Below are positions 29,225 through 38,559 of a stretch of 64,000 nt of DNA, piece after piece; position 1 is the stretch's first letter, and the number at the start of each line of letters is the position of its first letter. The notes under the pieces were generated by a model, which made no database searches, was not told the origin of the DNA, and saw only the letters and a list, made by a program, of their open reading frames with translations. This DNA is from Candidatus Magasanikbacteria bacterium RIFCSPHIGHO2_01_FULL_33_34 (GTDB lineage: Bacteria; Patescibacteriota; Patescibacteriia; Magasanikbacterales; UBA922): contig MFPS01000003.1 of NCBI GenBank assembly GCA_001782825.1, positions 44,353-108,352 of the forward strand, written 5' to 3'. A program made the translations under genes and the position numbers.

Positions 29225-29398
29225 CTACAACAGCATCAGGGAGTTTACGACGTCATTACGTCCGGTGGGCCGTGCTGACACAGCCCCATCGAAACCCCAG
29301 TTCATCAAGGGGTTTGTGCCATCATCTTCCTCGATGTGTACATCTACCGCTTGGATGATTTTCTTTCTTTGTGCTTTGTTGTTTGCTTTCTTCTTCAT
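29225..29398 (-). CDS. Orphan 57-aa protein (not in ORF track)
   Basis: MKKKANNKAQRKKIIQAVDVHIEEDDGTNPLMNWGFDGAVSARPTGRNDVVNSLMLL; SD GGGGGAG; own promoter and terminator. Confidence 0.7.
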   Translation of the reverse strand: MKKKANNKAQRKKIIQAVDVHIEEDDGTNPLMNWGFDGAVSARPTGRNDVVNSLMLL

Positions 29399-29462
29399 GA
29401 TTCTCCCCCTAGGGTGTTGATTTTGGTATCACTGTATGTGACACCTAGTACAACTTGGCAAC

Positions 29463-29491
29463 ATTATACTACAAAAATGACCTTTTGTCAA
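29463..29491 (-). promoter_or_regulatory. Perfect consensus sigma70 promoter
   Basis: Minus strand TTGACA-17 nt-TATAAT. Confidence 0.85.
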
Positions 29492-29555
29492 CGTATTATA
29501 AGGCATTATATTTAGTATTGATTAATATAAGTTTGTGTGCTAGTATGTTAATATT

Positions 29556-30632
29556 ATGGACAAAAATAACCTTGAAAAATTTGCTAGACCAGCATTAATG
29601 CTGTTAGTTTTTGTAGTTTTATTTAATAAATTAATACCATTTTTATTAATTATATTGATTGGATATATACTCTTTAGAGTATTTAATGGTTTACCAATTG
29701 TACCGATACAATATCAAAATTATGTACCAATACAATTATCATTTTTAACAAAAAAAATTAATTTTAATAAAAAAAATATGGATATGGAAACACTAAAAGT
29801 AAAAGGATCGGGGAGTCCAAAAAAATTTGCTATGTATATTGTGTTGTTTGTAATTGCAATTGGTCTAGCACTTAATTCTTTTGTAATTGTTGGGGCTGGT
29901 AAAACTGGTGTGCAAGTTCTTTTTGGAGATGTTCGTGATGAGGAATTTGCCTCTGGGTTTCATATAAAAAATCCATTTGTGATGGTAAATCAAATGAATA
30001 TCAGGACACAAGAGTACACTATGAGTATTGCGCAGACTGAGGGTAAAAAAATTGGTGATGATTCCATTGCTGCTCTTACAAAAGAAGGTTTACAAGTTGA
30101 ATTGGATATTACAATATTGTTTCACTTGATAGATGATAAAGCATCTGATGTGTATCGTGAGATTGGTACTGGTTATGAAGAAGTGGTGATTAGACCACAA
30201 ATTAGAAGTACTATTCGTGAGATTATAGCACAGTATGAAGCCAAAGATATTTATTCTGAAAAAAGACAAGAAGCATCACAAAAGATTTTGGAATCAATCA
30301 AATCAACAATTGAACCAAGAGGAATATTTGTAGAAGAAGTGCTTTTGAGAAATATTAATTTGCCAGCAAATTTAGCAAATAGTATTCAAGAAAAATTGCA
30401 AGCTGAGCAAGAAGCACAAAGATATGAGTTTGTGTTGCAAAAAGAAGAAAAAGAAGCAGAAAGAAAGAGAGTTGAAGCCGCTGGACAGAGAGATTCACAA
30501 CAAATTATAAATGAAAGTTTAACTCCAAGATATTTGCAGTATTTGTATATCCAGAGTTTAAAGGATAGAGAAGGCACAATTTATGTTCCAACTGATCCAA
30601 GTAATGGCACTCCTTTGTTTAGGAGTATATAG
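29556..30632 (+). CDS. SPFH/prohibitin family protein
   Basis: GFHIKNPF, TKEGLQV, IRPQIRS, KLQAEQEAQR coiled coil. Confidence 0.9.
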   Translation: MDKNNLEKFARPALMLLVFVVLFNKLIPFLLIILIGYILFRVFNGLPIVPIQYQNYVPIQLSFLTKKINFNKKNMDMETLKVKGSGSPKKFAMYIVLFVIAIGLALNSFVIVGAGKTGVQVLFGDVRDEEFASGFHIKNPFVMVNQMNIRTQEYTMSIAQTEGKKIGDDSIAALTKEGLQVELDITILFHLIDDKASDVYREIGTGYEEVVIRPQIRSTIREIIAQYEAKDIYSEKRQEASQKILESIKSTIEPRGIFVEEVLLRNINLPANLANSIQEKLQAEQEAQRYEFVLQKEEKEAERKRVEAAGQRDSQQIINESLTPRYLQYLYIQSLKDREGTIYVPTDPSNGTPLFRSI

Positions 30633-30634
30633 TA

Positions 30635-30663
30635 TTGACTAAGTTATTTTTTGATGGTATAAT
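30635..30663 (+). promoter_or_regulatory. sigma70 promoter of zinc-ribbon gene
   Basis: TTGACT-17-TATAAT. Confidence 0.75.
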
Positions 30664-30760
30664 TTTAGCAATCGCAACGTTAAACTAGTCTGTCAATTAG
30701 TCAGATCAAGGGATCTGTTGCGGAAAAAAGGTCGTTTAATTAAAATACAAAAAGAAAACT

Positions 30761-31054
30761 ATGAACAATGACAGACAAATGTATAACGTTGATCTTAGCT
30801 GTGCAGAATGTAAAACAGCTATAACTCAACTTCCATTTGAACCAACAGGTGATAAGCCTGTATACTGTACTACTTGTTTGCGTGCTAGACGTGATTCAAG
30901 AGGTAATAGTAGAGATTCTCGCGGTCCAAGACAAATGTACCAGGTCAATGAAAAGTGTGCTGAATGTAATGCTGCTATTACACAGCTTCCTTTCCAACCA
31001 TCAGGTGGAAAACCTTTATACTGTTTTGATTGCGTAAAAGCAAGAAGACAATAA
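30761..31054 (+). CDS. Tandem CxxC-x17-CxxC zinc-ribbon protein
   Basis: Two copies of RQMY.V...CAEC..AITQLPF.P.G.KP.YC..C. Confidence 0.9.
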   Translation: MNNDRQMYNVDLSCAECKTAITQLPFEPTGDKPVYCTTCLRARRDSRGNSRDSRGPRQMYQVNEKCAECNAAITQLPFQPSGGKPLYCFDCVKARRQ

Positions 31055-31100
31055 TATAAAATAAAAAATTCCCGATTTTACGGGAATTTTTTATTTTATA
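31055..31100. terminator. Intrinsic terminator
   Basis: ataaaataaaaaattcccg-atttta-cgggaattttttattttat. Confidence 0.8.
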
Positions 31101-31109
31101 GAATAAATA

Positions 31110-31138
31110 TTGACATGATTTTAATGATTGGTTATAGT
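31110..31138 (+). promoter_or_regulatory. sigma70 promoter
   Basis: TTGACA-17-TATAGT upstream of ORF 31174. Confidence 0.75.
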
Positions 31139-31173
31139 TTCATCCAGTAGTCAAATATAACAAGGGGAGAATC

Positions 31174-31398
31174 ATGAACAATTTTTTTAGAGTATTTTCT
31201 TATAAAAATAGGGACGGATCTTGCAATTTGCGTATTTTTCGTAGGGGGACACGTATTGTTGTATATGAAGGTAAGGTATTTATCAAATCAGAAAATGATA
31301 TTATAAATTTTATCAGTACATTGTCTGAGATTAACCAAGAGGAGAAAGAAATGCTTGTACAAGAACTAAGGAAAATACAAAAAAGAATTACTCGTTGA
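31174..31398 (+). CDS. Orphan 74-aa protein
   Basis: SD AAGGGGAG, own promoter, downstream hairpin gcccatgttgtt/aacaacatgggc. Confidence 0.72.
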   Translation: MNNFFRVFSYKNRDGSCNLRIFRRGTRIVVYEGKVFIKSENDIINFISTLSEINQEEKEMLVQELRKIQKRITR

Positions 31399-31520
31399 TG
31401 GTGGTTAGTTTTGCCCATGTTGTTTGTGTGTATAACAACATGGGCGAATAACTTTATTTTATGGATTTTTTTGATAAAAATAATTGACAAAACTATATTT
31501 TTGCTACATAATGACCTATT

Positions 31521-32612
31521 ATGTCAAAACAAAAAGTAAAAATTTTGGTAGCAATGAGTGGTGGGGTTGATTCTTCTGTTGCCGTTGCTTTGTTGTTGGA
31601 AGCTGGTTATGATGTGACTGGTGCATATATGAAACAGTGGGATGATAAGGATGAAACAGGTGTATGTACTTGGAAACAAGATAGACGGGACGCGCTTCGA
31701 GTGTCAGCACACTTAGGTATTCCACTTTTGACTTTGGATTTTGAGCAGGAATATAAAAAGTGGGTAATGGAATATATGTATGCAGAATATGAGAGGGGTA
31801 GAACTCCAAATCCAGATGTATTGTGTAATAAGTTTATAAAATTTGGTGTTTGGTTGGAAAAAGCCAAAGAACTTGGTTTTGCAAAATTGGCAACTGGGCA
31901 TTATGGAAGCATAGAAACATTTAAACATAAAAACATACAAACATATAATTTGTTGCGGGCCAAAGATGAAAATAAGGATCAAACATATTTTTTACATCAA
32001 TTAACACAGGAACAATTAAAATATACGCTATTTCCATTAGGAAAATATACCAAAGATGAAGTCAGGGTAATGGCAAAAAAATTTAATTTACCAAATGCTG
32101 ATAGGTCAGAGAGTATGGGGATTTGTTTTGTAGGTGTTGTTCCAATGAAAGATTTTTTACTCAAAAAAATTAAAGTTAATAAAGGAAATATAGTGACGTC
32201 TGATGGCGAGGTAGTTGGTGAGCATGATGGTTTGGCATTTTATACTATTGGTCAGCGTCATGGATTTGATATAAGGAATAAAAATAAAATTATAGAGTCA
32301 AAAGCAATGTATGTTGTCCAAAAAAAATATGATACCAATGAATTGGTGGTTGGTTTTGATGATGATGAATTGTTGTATAGCAAACAGGCTGAAATAGAAG
32401 ATGTGAATTGGATTAGTGGACAAAAACCTAGCTTTCCATTAAAATGCAAAGTGAGATTAAGACATAGGCAACCGCTCCAAGATGTGCAATTATTGCAAAA
32501 AGATGGTAAAATATTAGTAGAATTTAATATTAAACAAAAAGCGGTCACTCCTGGTCAATTTGCGGTGTTTTATCAGAACCAAGTTTGCCTTGGTGGTGGA
32601 GCTATTAAATAA
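31521..32612 (+). CDS. mnmA: tRNA 2-thiouridylase
   Basis: AMSGGVDSS, TPNPDVLCN, ATGHY, KDQTYFL, SMGICF, TPGQ. Confidence 0.97.
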   Translation: MSKQKVKILVAMSGGVDSSVAVALLLEAGYDVTGAYMKQWDDKDETGVCTWKQDRRDALRVSAHLGIPLLTLDFEQEYKKWVMEYMYAEYERGRTPNPDVLCNKFIKFGVWLEKAKELGFAKLATGHYGSIETFKHKNIQTYNLLRAKDENKDQTYFLHQLTQEQLKYTLFPLGKYTKDEVRVMAKKFNLPNADRSESMGICFVGVVPMKDFLLKKIKVNKGNIVTSDGEVVGEHDGLAFYTIGQRHGFDIRNKNKIIESKAMYVVQKKYDTNELVVGFDDDELLYSKQAEIEDVNWISGQKPSFPLKCKVRLRHRQPLQDVQLLQKDGKILVEFNIKQKAVTPGQFAVFYQNQVCLGGGAIK

Positions 32613-32618
32613 AATAAT

Positions 32619-32735
32619 ATGATGGGATTTAGTTTGAATTATCCAAGTTTTGGTGATTTTATAGTCTCACAATTAGGGTTGCTTCTCTTGGCAGGGTTAT
32701 TGGTATTTTTAGCACTAAAATTGAAAAGCATGTAA
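32619..32735 (+). CDS. Putative 38-aa single-TM small protein (not in ORF track)
   Basis: MMGFSLNYPSFGDFIVSQLGLLLLAGLLVFLALKLKSM; fills the mnmA-alaS gap with 6- and 7-nt spacers. Confidence 0.55.
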   Translation: MMGFSLNYPSFGDFIVSQLGLLLLAGLLVFLALKLKSM

Positions 32736-32742
32736 AAATGTT

Positions 32743-34557
32743 ATGAATACGAAGGATTTGAGAGAATTGTTTACAACTTATTTTCAAAAAAATGGCCATG
32801 CAATTATATCATCGGCTTCTTTGATTCCAGAAAATGATCCAACTGTACTTTTTACAACAGCAGGAATGCATCCGTTGGTTCCATATTTAATGGGAGAGAG
32901 TCATCCATCTGGTGCGAGACTAACAGATGTCCAAAAGTGTATTCGGACTGGGGATATTGATGAGGTAGGTGACAAATGGCATCTTACTTTTTTTGAGATG
33001 TTGGGTAATTGGAGTTTAAATGATTATTGGAAAAAAGAAGCTATTCAATGGAGTTTTGAGTTTTTGACTAATCAATTAAATATTCCTATTAATAAACTGG
33101 CTGTTACTGTTTTTGAAGGTGATAGTGATGCTCCATTTGATTCTGAAGCTTATGAATTGTGGAAAAATGTTGGTATGCCAGAGGAAAGTATTTTTAAATA
33201 TAACAAAAAAGAAAATTGGTGGGGTCCAGCTGGTCAGACTGGTCCATGTGGACCAGATACAGAGATGTTTTATATTACAGATGTAGAGAAATGTAGTCCA
33301 GAATGTCAGCCAAGTTGTTCGTGTGGCAAGTATGTGGAGATTTGGAATGATGTATTTATGGAGTATTTCAAAGACAAGGAAGGTAAATACAACAAAGCCG
33401 AAAGACATAATGTAGACACTGGTATGGGGCTCGAAAGAACAGTGGCAATTTTGGGTAGCATGTCTGATGTTTATCAAGTAGATACTATGTGGCCGATTGT
33501 TGAAAAAATAGAAGAAATCTCTGGAAAAAAATATTTGGAAAGTGATGAAATTACCAAATCAATGAGAATTATTGCTGATCATTTGCGGGCAACAGTGATG
33601 ATAATGGGGGATAATCGTGGGGTTGGTCCAAGTAATATTGATCAGGGTTATGTGGTACGTAAATTGATTCGTAGAGCTATACGTCATGGTAGAAAGTTGG
33701 GAATAGAACAAAATTTTTGTAAAGAAATTAGTCAAGTTGTTTTAAATATATTTGGTGAAGTATATGTTGAAATTGAAAAAAATAAACAAGTTGTATTTGA
33801 TTTGTTAGAAAAAGAAGAAGAGAAATTCAAAAAAACTTTGGAACAAGGTTTGAAAGAATTTGCAAAAATGTCAAGTGATAATAAAATTACAGGTAAAGAG
33901 GCATTTAATTTGTTTACTACCTATGGGTTTCCATTGGAGATGACACAAGAATTGGCTATTGAGGGTGGAATGGATTTTGATATAAGAGAATTTGAAGAAG
34001 AATTCAAAAAACACCAAGATTTATCTCGTTCTGGTGCAGAACAAAAATTCAAAGGTGGCTTAGCTGATACCTCTATTGAAACTACTAGATTGCATACCGC
34101 TACTCATTTGCTTCATGCTGCTCTTCGTAAAGTATTGGGAGATCATGTTGAGCAAAAGGGTAGTAATATCACAGCTGAGCGTTTGCGTTTTGATTTTTCT
34201 CATCCAGACAAAATGACAGATGAACAAAAAAAACAAGTAGAAGACTTGGTCAATAGCGCTATTGTCAATAAATATCCTGTATCATTTCAAGAAATGACAG
34301 TTGATGAAGCCAAAGAAAAAGGGGCAATTGGTTTGTTTGAAGACAGATATGCGGACAAAGTAAAAGTATATATTGTTGGTGATACCAATCAAAAACCAAA
34401 TGCTGATGCAAATTCAGAAACTTTTAGTATGGAAATTTGTGGTGGTCCGCATGTAGAAAATACCAAAGAATTAGGCGAATTCAAAATCAAAAAAGAAGAA
34501 GCATCAAGCGCAGGAATCAGGAGAATCAAAGCAATTTTACAGCAAAAAACCACCTAA
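32743..34557 (+). CDS. alaS: Alanine--tRNA ligase (no C-Ala domain)
   Basis: LFTTAGM, TFFEMLGNWS, GPCGP, DTGMGLER, HTATH, CGGPH. Confidence 0.97.
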   Translation: MNTKDLRELFTTYFQKNGHAIISSASLIPENDPTVLFTTAGMHPLVPYLMGESHPSGARLTDVQKCIRTGDIDEVGDKWHLTFFEMLGNWSLNDYWKKEAIQWSFEFLTNQLNIPINKLAVTVFEGDSDAPFDSEAYELWKNVGMPEESIFKYNKKENWWGPAGQTGPCGPDTEMFYITDVEKCSPECQPSCSCGKYVEIWNDVFMEYFKDKEGKYNKAERHNVDTGMGLERTVAILGSMSDVYQVDTMWPIVEKIEEISGKKYLESDEITKSMRIIADHLRATVMIMGDNRGVGPSNIDQGYVVRKLIRRAIRHGRKLGIEQNFCKEISQVVLNIFGEVYVEIEKNKQVVFDLLEKEEEKFKKTLEQGLKEFAKMSSDNKITGKEAFNLFTTYGFPLEMTQELAIEGGMDFDIREFEEEFKKHQDLSRSGAEQKFKGGLADTSIETTRLHTATHLLHAALRKVLGDHVEQKGSNITAERLRFDFSHPDKMTDEQKKQVEDLVNSAIVNKYPVSFQEMTVDEAKEKGAIGLFEDRYADKVKVYIVGDTNQKPNADANSETFSMEICGGPHVENTKELGEFKIKKEEASSAGIRRIKAILQQKTT

Positions 34558-34609
34558 AGTTTTTAATTTTAAAGGTGGCGTAAGAAGGTTGGATGACATT
34601 GGTATATAT

Positions 34610-35035
34610 TTATTGTTCAGCGTATACCTCGATTGTTCGCAAATCATTAATTATGGTTTTTCTCCCTAAAGAATTTATTACAATAGCATAAAGGTTTATG
34701 CCGTTTTTAATTCTGATTGAACATATTTTGCCAAGTTTTGTTTTGCAGTTTATTCTTTGTACTTCTTTGTCAAAGAATTTTTCTTCAAGTTCCACAAATT
34801 TCTTTTGCCTTTTAGAGTAAGTGCCAGTTGGGTCAGTCTTTTCAATCCCTAGATATTCTATCAATTCAATACAATGTTGTTTGGTATTTGGTGGATGTTT
34901 TATACCCACAGAGTTTAATTTAGCTGTATGTTCATTAGTAGGTGGGTTTGAGTTTATATCACTGGTGATACTACTACTTTCATATTTTCTTTTAGGTAGT
35001 TTTTTTGTGGAAGTTGGTTTTTTGTCTTGCGTCAT
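34610..35035 (-). CDS. Orphan 141-aa protein
   Basis: SD AAGGAAGG; basic N-terminus; antisense to neighbours. Confidence 0.7.
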   Translation of the reverse strand: MTQDKKPTSTKKLPKRKYESSSITSDINSNPPTNEHTAKLNSVGIKHPPNTKQHCIELIEYLGIEKTDPTGTYSKRQKKFVELEEKFFDKEVQRINCKTKLGKICSIRIKNGINLYAIVINSLGRKTIINDLRTIEVYAEQ

Positions 35036-35111
35036 TTGTCCTTCCTTGTTATCATTAGACTAACATTAGTACAATGAATGAGTCAAGTGTGGTATAATAA
35101 CAAATATTTTT

Positions 35112-35558
35112 ATGGTTAAAAAAACAATTTCATATTTTTGGTCATTGAGGCGTGAATTCATCAAGTATTTTATTGTTGGGTTTAGTGGCCTTTTTTTGGA
35201 TATGGGGTCATTAATATTATTAAAAGAAGTTTTTGATATATTGCCGTGGATGGCTGTATTGATGAGTCAAGCAGTATTATTGGTATATAATTTTACTTTG
35301 AATAAATATTGGTCATTTAGAAATAAGGTAATGCATCATAAACAGGTTATTAGATATTTGAGCTTGGCGATGTTTAATTACTTTTTTTCTTTTGGGACAA
35401 TGTATGTGTTTAATCATATAATGGGTTATGATTATAGGATGGTGCGTATTTTGTCTATAGCCGTGATGGTTAGTTGGAATTTCTTTTTGTATAAATATTG
35501 GGTATACAGAATAGAGAAGATTACATTGGTCCAAGCACAAAATATTGAAAATGCCTAG
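35112..35558 (+). CDS. GtrA family membrane protein
   Basis: EFIKYFIVG, NFTLNKYWSF, NFFLYKYWVY. Confidence 0.9.
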   Translation: MVKKTISYFWSLRREFIKYFIVGFSGLFLDMGSLILLKEVFDILPWMAVLMSQAVLLVYNFTLNKYWSFRNKVMHHKQVIRYLSLAMFNYFFSFGTMYVFNHIMGYDYRMVRILSIAVMVSWNFFLYKYWVYRIEKITLVQAQNIENA

Positions 35559-35662
35559 GAGATGTGCATAAAATTGCCAAGTGTGTTATAATATAATCAT
35601 ATTACTATTAATTTAGCTTTTATAAGCAAAATTCATTTATTCAATATCTGGGGAAAAACCTC

Positions 35663-35691
35663 TTGACAGGTTTTATATTTTTGTGTACAAT
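35663..35691 (+). promoter_or_regulatory. sigma70 promoter of infA cluster
   Basis: TTGACA-17-TACAAT. Confidence 0.75.
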
Positions 35692-35714
35692 ATCGCCAGA
35701 TTAAATATCAGTTC

Positions 35715-35930
35715 ATGTCAAAAAAAGATTTCATTGAAATGCAAGGGGTAATAGAAGAACTATTACCAGCAGCAAAATTTCGGGTTAAGTTAGAAAATGG
35801 CCATGGAATAATTGCTCACTTGTCAGGAAAAATGAGAAAGAACAAAATTCGTTTGAGTTTGGGAGATAGTGTGAAGGTCGATATGACCCCATATGATCTT
35901 AGCAAAGGAATAATTTCTTTCAGAATTTAA
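35715..35930 (+). CDS. infA: Translation initiation factor IF-1
   Basis: ELLP...[22 protein letters not shown]. Confidence 0.97.
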   Translation: MSKKDFIEMQGVIEELLPAAKFRVKLENGHGIIAHLSGKMRKNKIRLSLGDSVKVDMTPYDLSKGIISFRI

Positions 35931-36089
35931 TAAAATGTTTACAAATATCAATCAGTCGGTGGAGCCAATCTTAGTTCAAATTATGGATAGATAGATAGGC
36001 AGAGATATCGTCTGGCTTTAATGTTCATTGTGAGTATTATAAGCTAGATGATTGATATTTTTTTATCCAAATAAATAATCATAAAATAT

Positions 36090-36227
36090 ATGAAGGTTAG
36101 AGCTTCAGCAAAAAAAAGATGTATTAATTGTAAAATTGTTAGACGTAGAGGAGTGGTACATATAATTTGTGAAAATCCAAGACATAAACAAAGACAGGGT
36201 ACTAAGCAAAGAAATAGAGCCGCTTAA
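36090..36227 (+). CDS. rpmJ: 50S ribosomal protein L36 (not in ORF track), 45 aa
   Basis: [37 protein letters not shown] followed by TKQRNRAA. Confidence 0.95.
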   Translation: MKVRASAKKRCINCKIVRRRGVVHIICENPRHKQRQGTKQRNRAA

Positions 36228-36257
36228 TTTATAATATTAAAAATAAACAATAAATTT

Positions 36258-36644
36258 ATGAGAGTAGCAGGAGTAATAATCCCAAAGGAGAAAAGAGTTG
36301 TAGTTAGTCTTACATATATTTATGGTATTGGTCCAACAACTGCAAAAAACATTTTGTTACAAACAAATATTGATGCTTCAACTAGAACAAAAGATTTAAC
36401 CCGTGAACAAGAAGATTTGCTACGAAATATTATTGAACAGAAGCATAAGACTGAAGGTGATTTGAGACGTGAGGTTTCTTCAAATGTTAAAAGACTTAAA
36501 GATATCAAGTCATACAGAGGTATAAGACATATCAGACGCTTACCATCAAGAGGTCAGAGAACAAAGACTAATTCTCGTACAATCCGTGGTAATAAAAAGA
36601 ATTTGGCTATCAGTGGTAAAAAACCAGCAGAACAAAAGACTTAA
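36258..36644 (+). CDS. rpsM: 30S ribosomal protein S13
   Basis: [28 protein letters not shown]. Confidence 0.97.
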   Translation: MRVAGVIIPKEKRVVVSLTYIYGIGPTTAKNILLQTNIDASTRTKDLTREQEDLLRNIIEQKHKTEGDLRREVSSNVKRLKDIKSYRGIRHIRRLPSRGQRTKTNSRTIRGNKKNLAISGKKPAEQKT

Positions 36645-36670
36645 TCTATACTAAATTGATATATACTAAT

Positions 36671-37063
36671 ATGGCCCAAGCAGTCAAGAAAACAAAAAAG
36701 AAAAAAATAAATAAACAAGTAAGCCATGCGCGTGCTTATGTTCAAGCTACTTTCAATAATACTATCGTAAGTTTGACAGATCAAAATGGTGATGTATTAG
36801 GTTGGGCAAGTGCTGGTATGGTTGGTTTTAAAGGACCAAAGAAAGCTACTCCATATGCGGCTGGACAAGTTGTCAAGAGAGTAGTTGATAGTGTAAAAGA
36901 ATTTGGTGTACGTGAGGTGAGTGTATTTATAAAAGGTATTGGTGGTGGGCGAGAGGGAGCAATTCGTGGTTTTAATGCCAATGGATTGAATGTACTTTCT
37001 ATCAAAGATATGACACCAATCCCACATAATGGTTGCAGGCCACCAAAGAGAAGAAGAGTATAA
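36671..37063 (+). CDS. rpsK: 30S ribosomal protein S11
   Basis: ATFNNTIV, KATPYAA, TPIPHNGCRPPKRRRV. Confidence 0.97.
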   Translation: MAQAVKKTKKKKINKQVSHARAYVQATFNNTIVSLTDQNGDVLGWASAGMVGFKGPKKATPYAAGQVVKRVVDSVKEFGVREVSVFIKGIGGGREGAIRGFNANGLNVLSIKDMTPIPHNGCRPPKRRRV

Positions 37064-37093
37064 ATAAATAATAAATAAGCTTAAAACAAAGAT

Positions 37094-37717
37094 ATGGGAA
37101 GATATATCGGACCAAAAAATAAAATTGCAAGACGCTTTGGCGTTAATTTGGGTTTGAAAACAAATCCTTCTAAAGTTGCAAAACGCTTGGCGCAAATGCC
37201 GGGTGTTCATGGGCCTAGCAAGAAAAAAGGCGCAACTTCATCATATGGAAAACAATTAAATGAAAAACAAAAAGCTAAATATGTTTATGGTTTGCGTGAA
37301 CGTCAATTTAGATCATATGTAGAAGAGGCTATCAGACAAGAGGGAGATTCTGGTTTGAATTTACAAAGATTATTAGAAAAACGTCTTGATAATGTAGTTT
37401 ATAGAGCTGGATTTGCAGTTACTCGTGCTCAAGCAAGACAAATGGTTGGCCATAATATGTTTACTTTGAATGGCAAGAAAATGAATATTCCTTCACATTT
37501 GGTAAAAGTTGGGGATGTAATTGCTATCAAAGAAACCAAAATTGCTAAAAAGATTTTTGAAAAAATTACTGAAACATTAGAAAAAGCCAATTTACCATCA
37601 TGGATTTCAGTTGATAGTAAAGGTAAATCAGCAAAAGTAACCAATCAACCAGCAGAAGCTGATTTTGATAAGGTTTTTGATGTTACACTTATTATTGAGT
37701 ATTACTCACAAAGATAA
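37094..37717 (+). CDS. rpsD: 30S ribosomal protein S4
   Basis: MGRYIGPK, YGKQLNEKQK, RLDNVVYR, IIEYYS. Confidence 0.97.
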   Translation: MGRYIGPKNKIARRFGVNLGLKTNPSKVAKRLAQMPGVHGPSKKKGATSSYGKQLNEKQKAKYVYGLRERQFRSYVEEAIRQEGDSGLNLQRLLEKRLDNVVYRAGFAVTRAQARQMVGHNMFTLNGKKMNIPSHLVKVGDVIAIKETKIAKKIFEKITETLEKANLPSWISVDSKGKSAKVTNQPAEADFDKVFDVTLIIEYYSQR

Positions 37718-37750
37718 AACAGGAGGGACCCTCCATTAATTATAATTCAT

Positions 37751-38548
37751 ATGGAAAAAATTCTATTGCCTACAACTATCGAATTTGAAGAGACTGATCG
37801 CGATAATGTTGGTAAAATGATTGTAACACCATGTCATCAAGGATATGGTACAACTTTAGGAAATGCATTGAGACGCGTATTGTTGTCATCTTTGCCTGGT
37901 TCAGCCGTTGAATCAATTAAAATTAAGGGTGTACAGCATGAATTTTCAGCTGTTAATAATGTTTTGGAAGATGTTATTCAGATTATTTTAAATATAAAAC
38001 AATTAGCTGTTAAATCTCATAGTACAGAACCGGTTGTATTAAGTTTATTAAAAAAAGGCGTTGGAGATGTTACTGCAGCTGATTTTGAAAAGAATGCTGA
38101 TATTGAAATTTTTAATCCAAATCTTAAAATTGCTACAATTACTGACAAAGATTATACATTTGATATGGAAGTTATTATCAATCAAGGACAAGGATATGTG
38201 TCGGTTGGTGAAAAAGATACAAAAAATTTAGATTTGGGTACTATTGCCATAGATTCATTATTTACTCCAATTCGTGATGTTGGTTACAAGGTAGAAAATA
38301 CTCGTGTGGGAGATGTAACTGATTATGAAAAGTTGACATTAATTATTGAAACTAATGGTACGATTTCTCCAAAAGAAGCAGTAGCTCAAACCACATCTAT
38401 TCTAATGAATCATTTTACATTGATTTTGGATGCGACCGGACCTAAAACTACTATTGATGATGTTAAATCTGAAGATGAAAGTGAAGTAGAAGTAAAAGAA
38501 GAAAAACCAAAAAAAGCAAAAAAAGTTAAGAAAGATAGCAAGAAATAA
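37751..38548 (+). CDS. rpoA: RNA polymerase alpha subunit lacking alpha-CTD
   Basis: GYGTTLGNALRRVLLSS, HEFS, EDV, IDSLFTP, TRVG; only 265 aa, ends in a charged tail. Confidence 0.95.
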   Translation: MEKILLPTTIEFEETDRDNVGKMIVTPCHQGYGTTLGNALRRVLLSSLPGSAVESIKIKGVQHEFSAVNNVLEDVIQIILNIKQLAVKSHSTEPVVLSLLKKGVGDVTAADFEKNADIEIFNPNLKIATITDKDYTFDMEVIINQGQGYVSVGEKDTKNLDLGTIAIDSLFTPIRDVGYKVENTRVGDVTDYEKLTLIIETNGTISPKEAVAQTTSILMNHFTLILDATGPKTTIDDVKSEDESEVEVKEEKPKKAKKVKKDSKK

Positions 38549-38559
38549 TTACTCGTTAT

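Noticed and set aside
29168-29300. tRNA or other stable RNA in the GC-rich patches (also 53050-53300)
   Set aside because: No cloverleaf or TTCGA-arm/CCA pattern found by eye; the GC content is explained by a terminator plus a small ORF.
32743-34557. alaS as a truncated pseudogene
   Set aside because: Aminoacylation and editing motifs are intact; loss of C-Ala is a known compact form.
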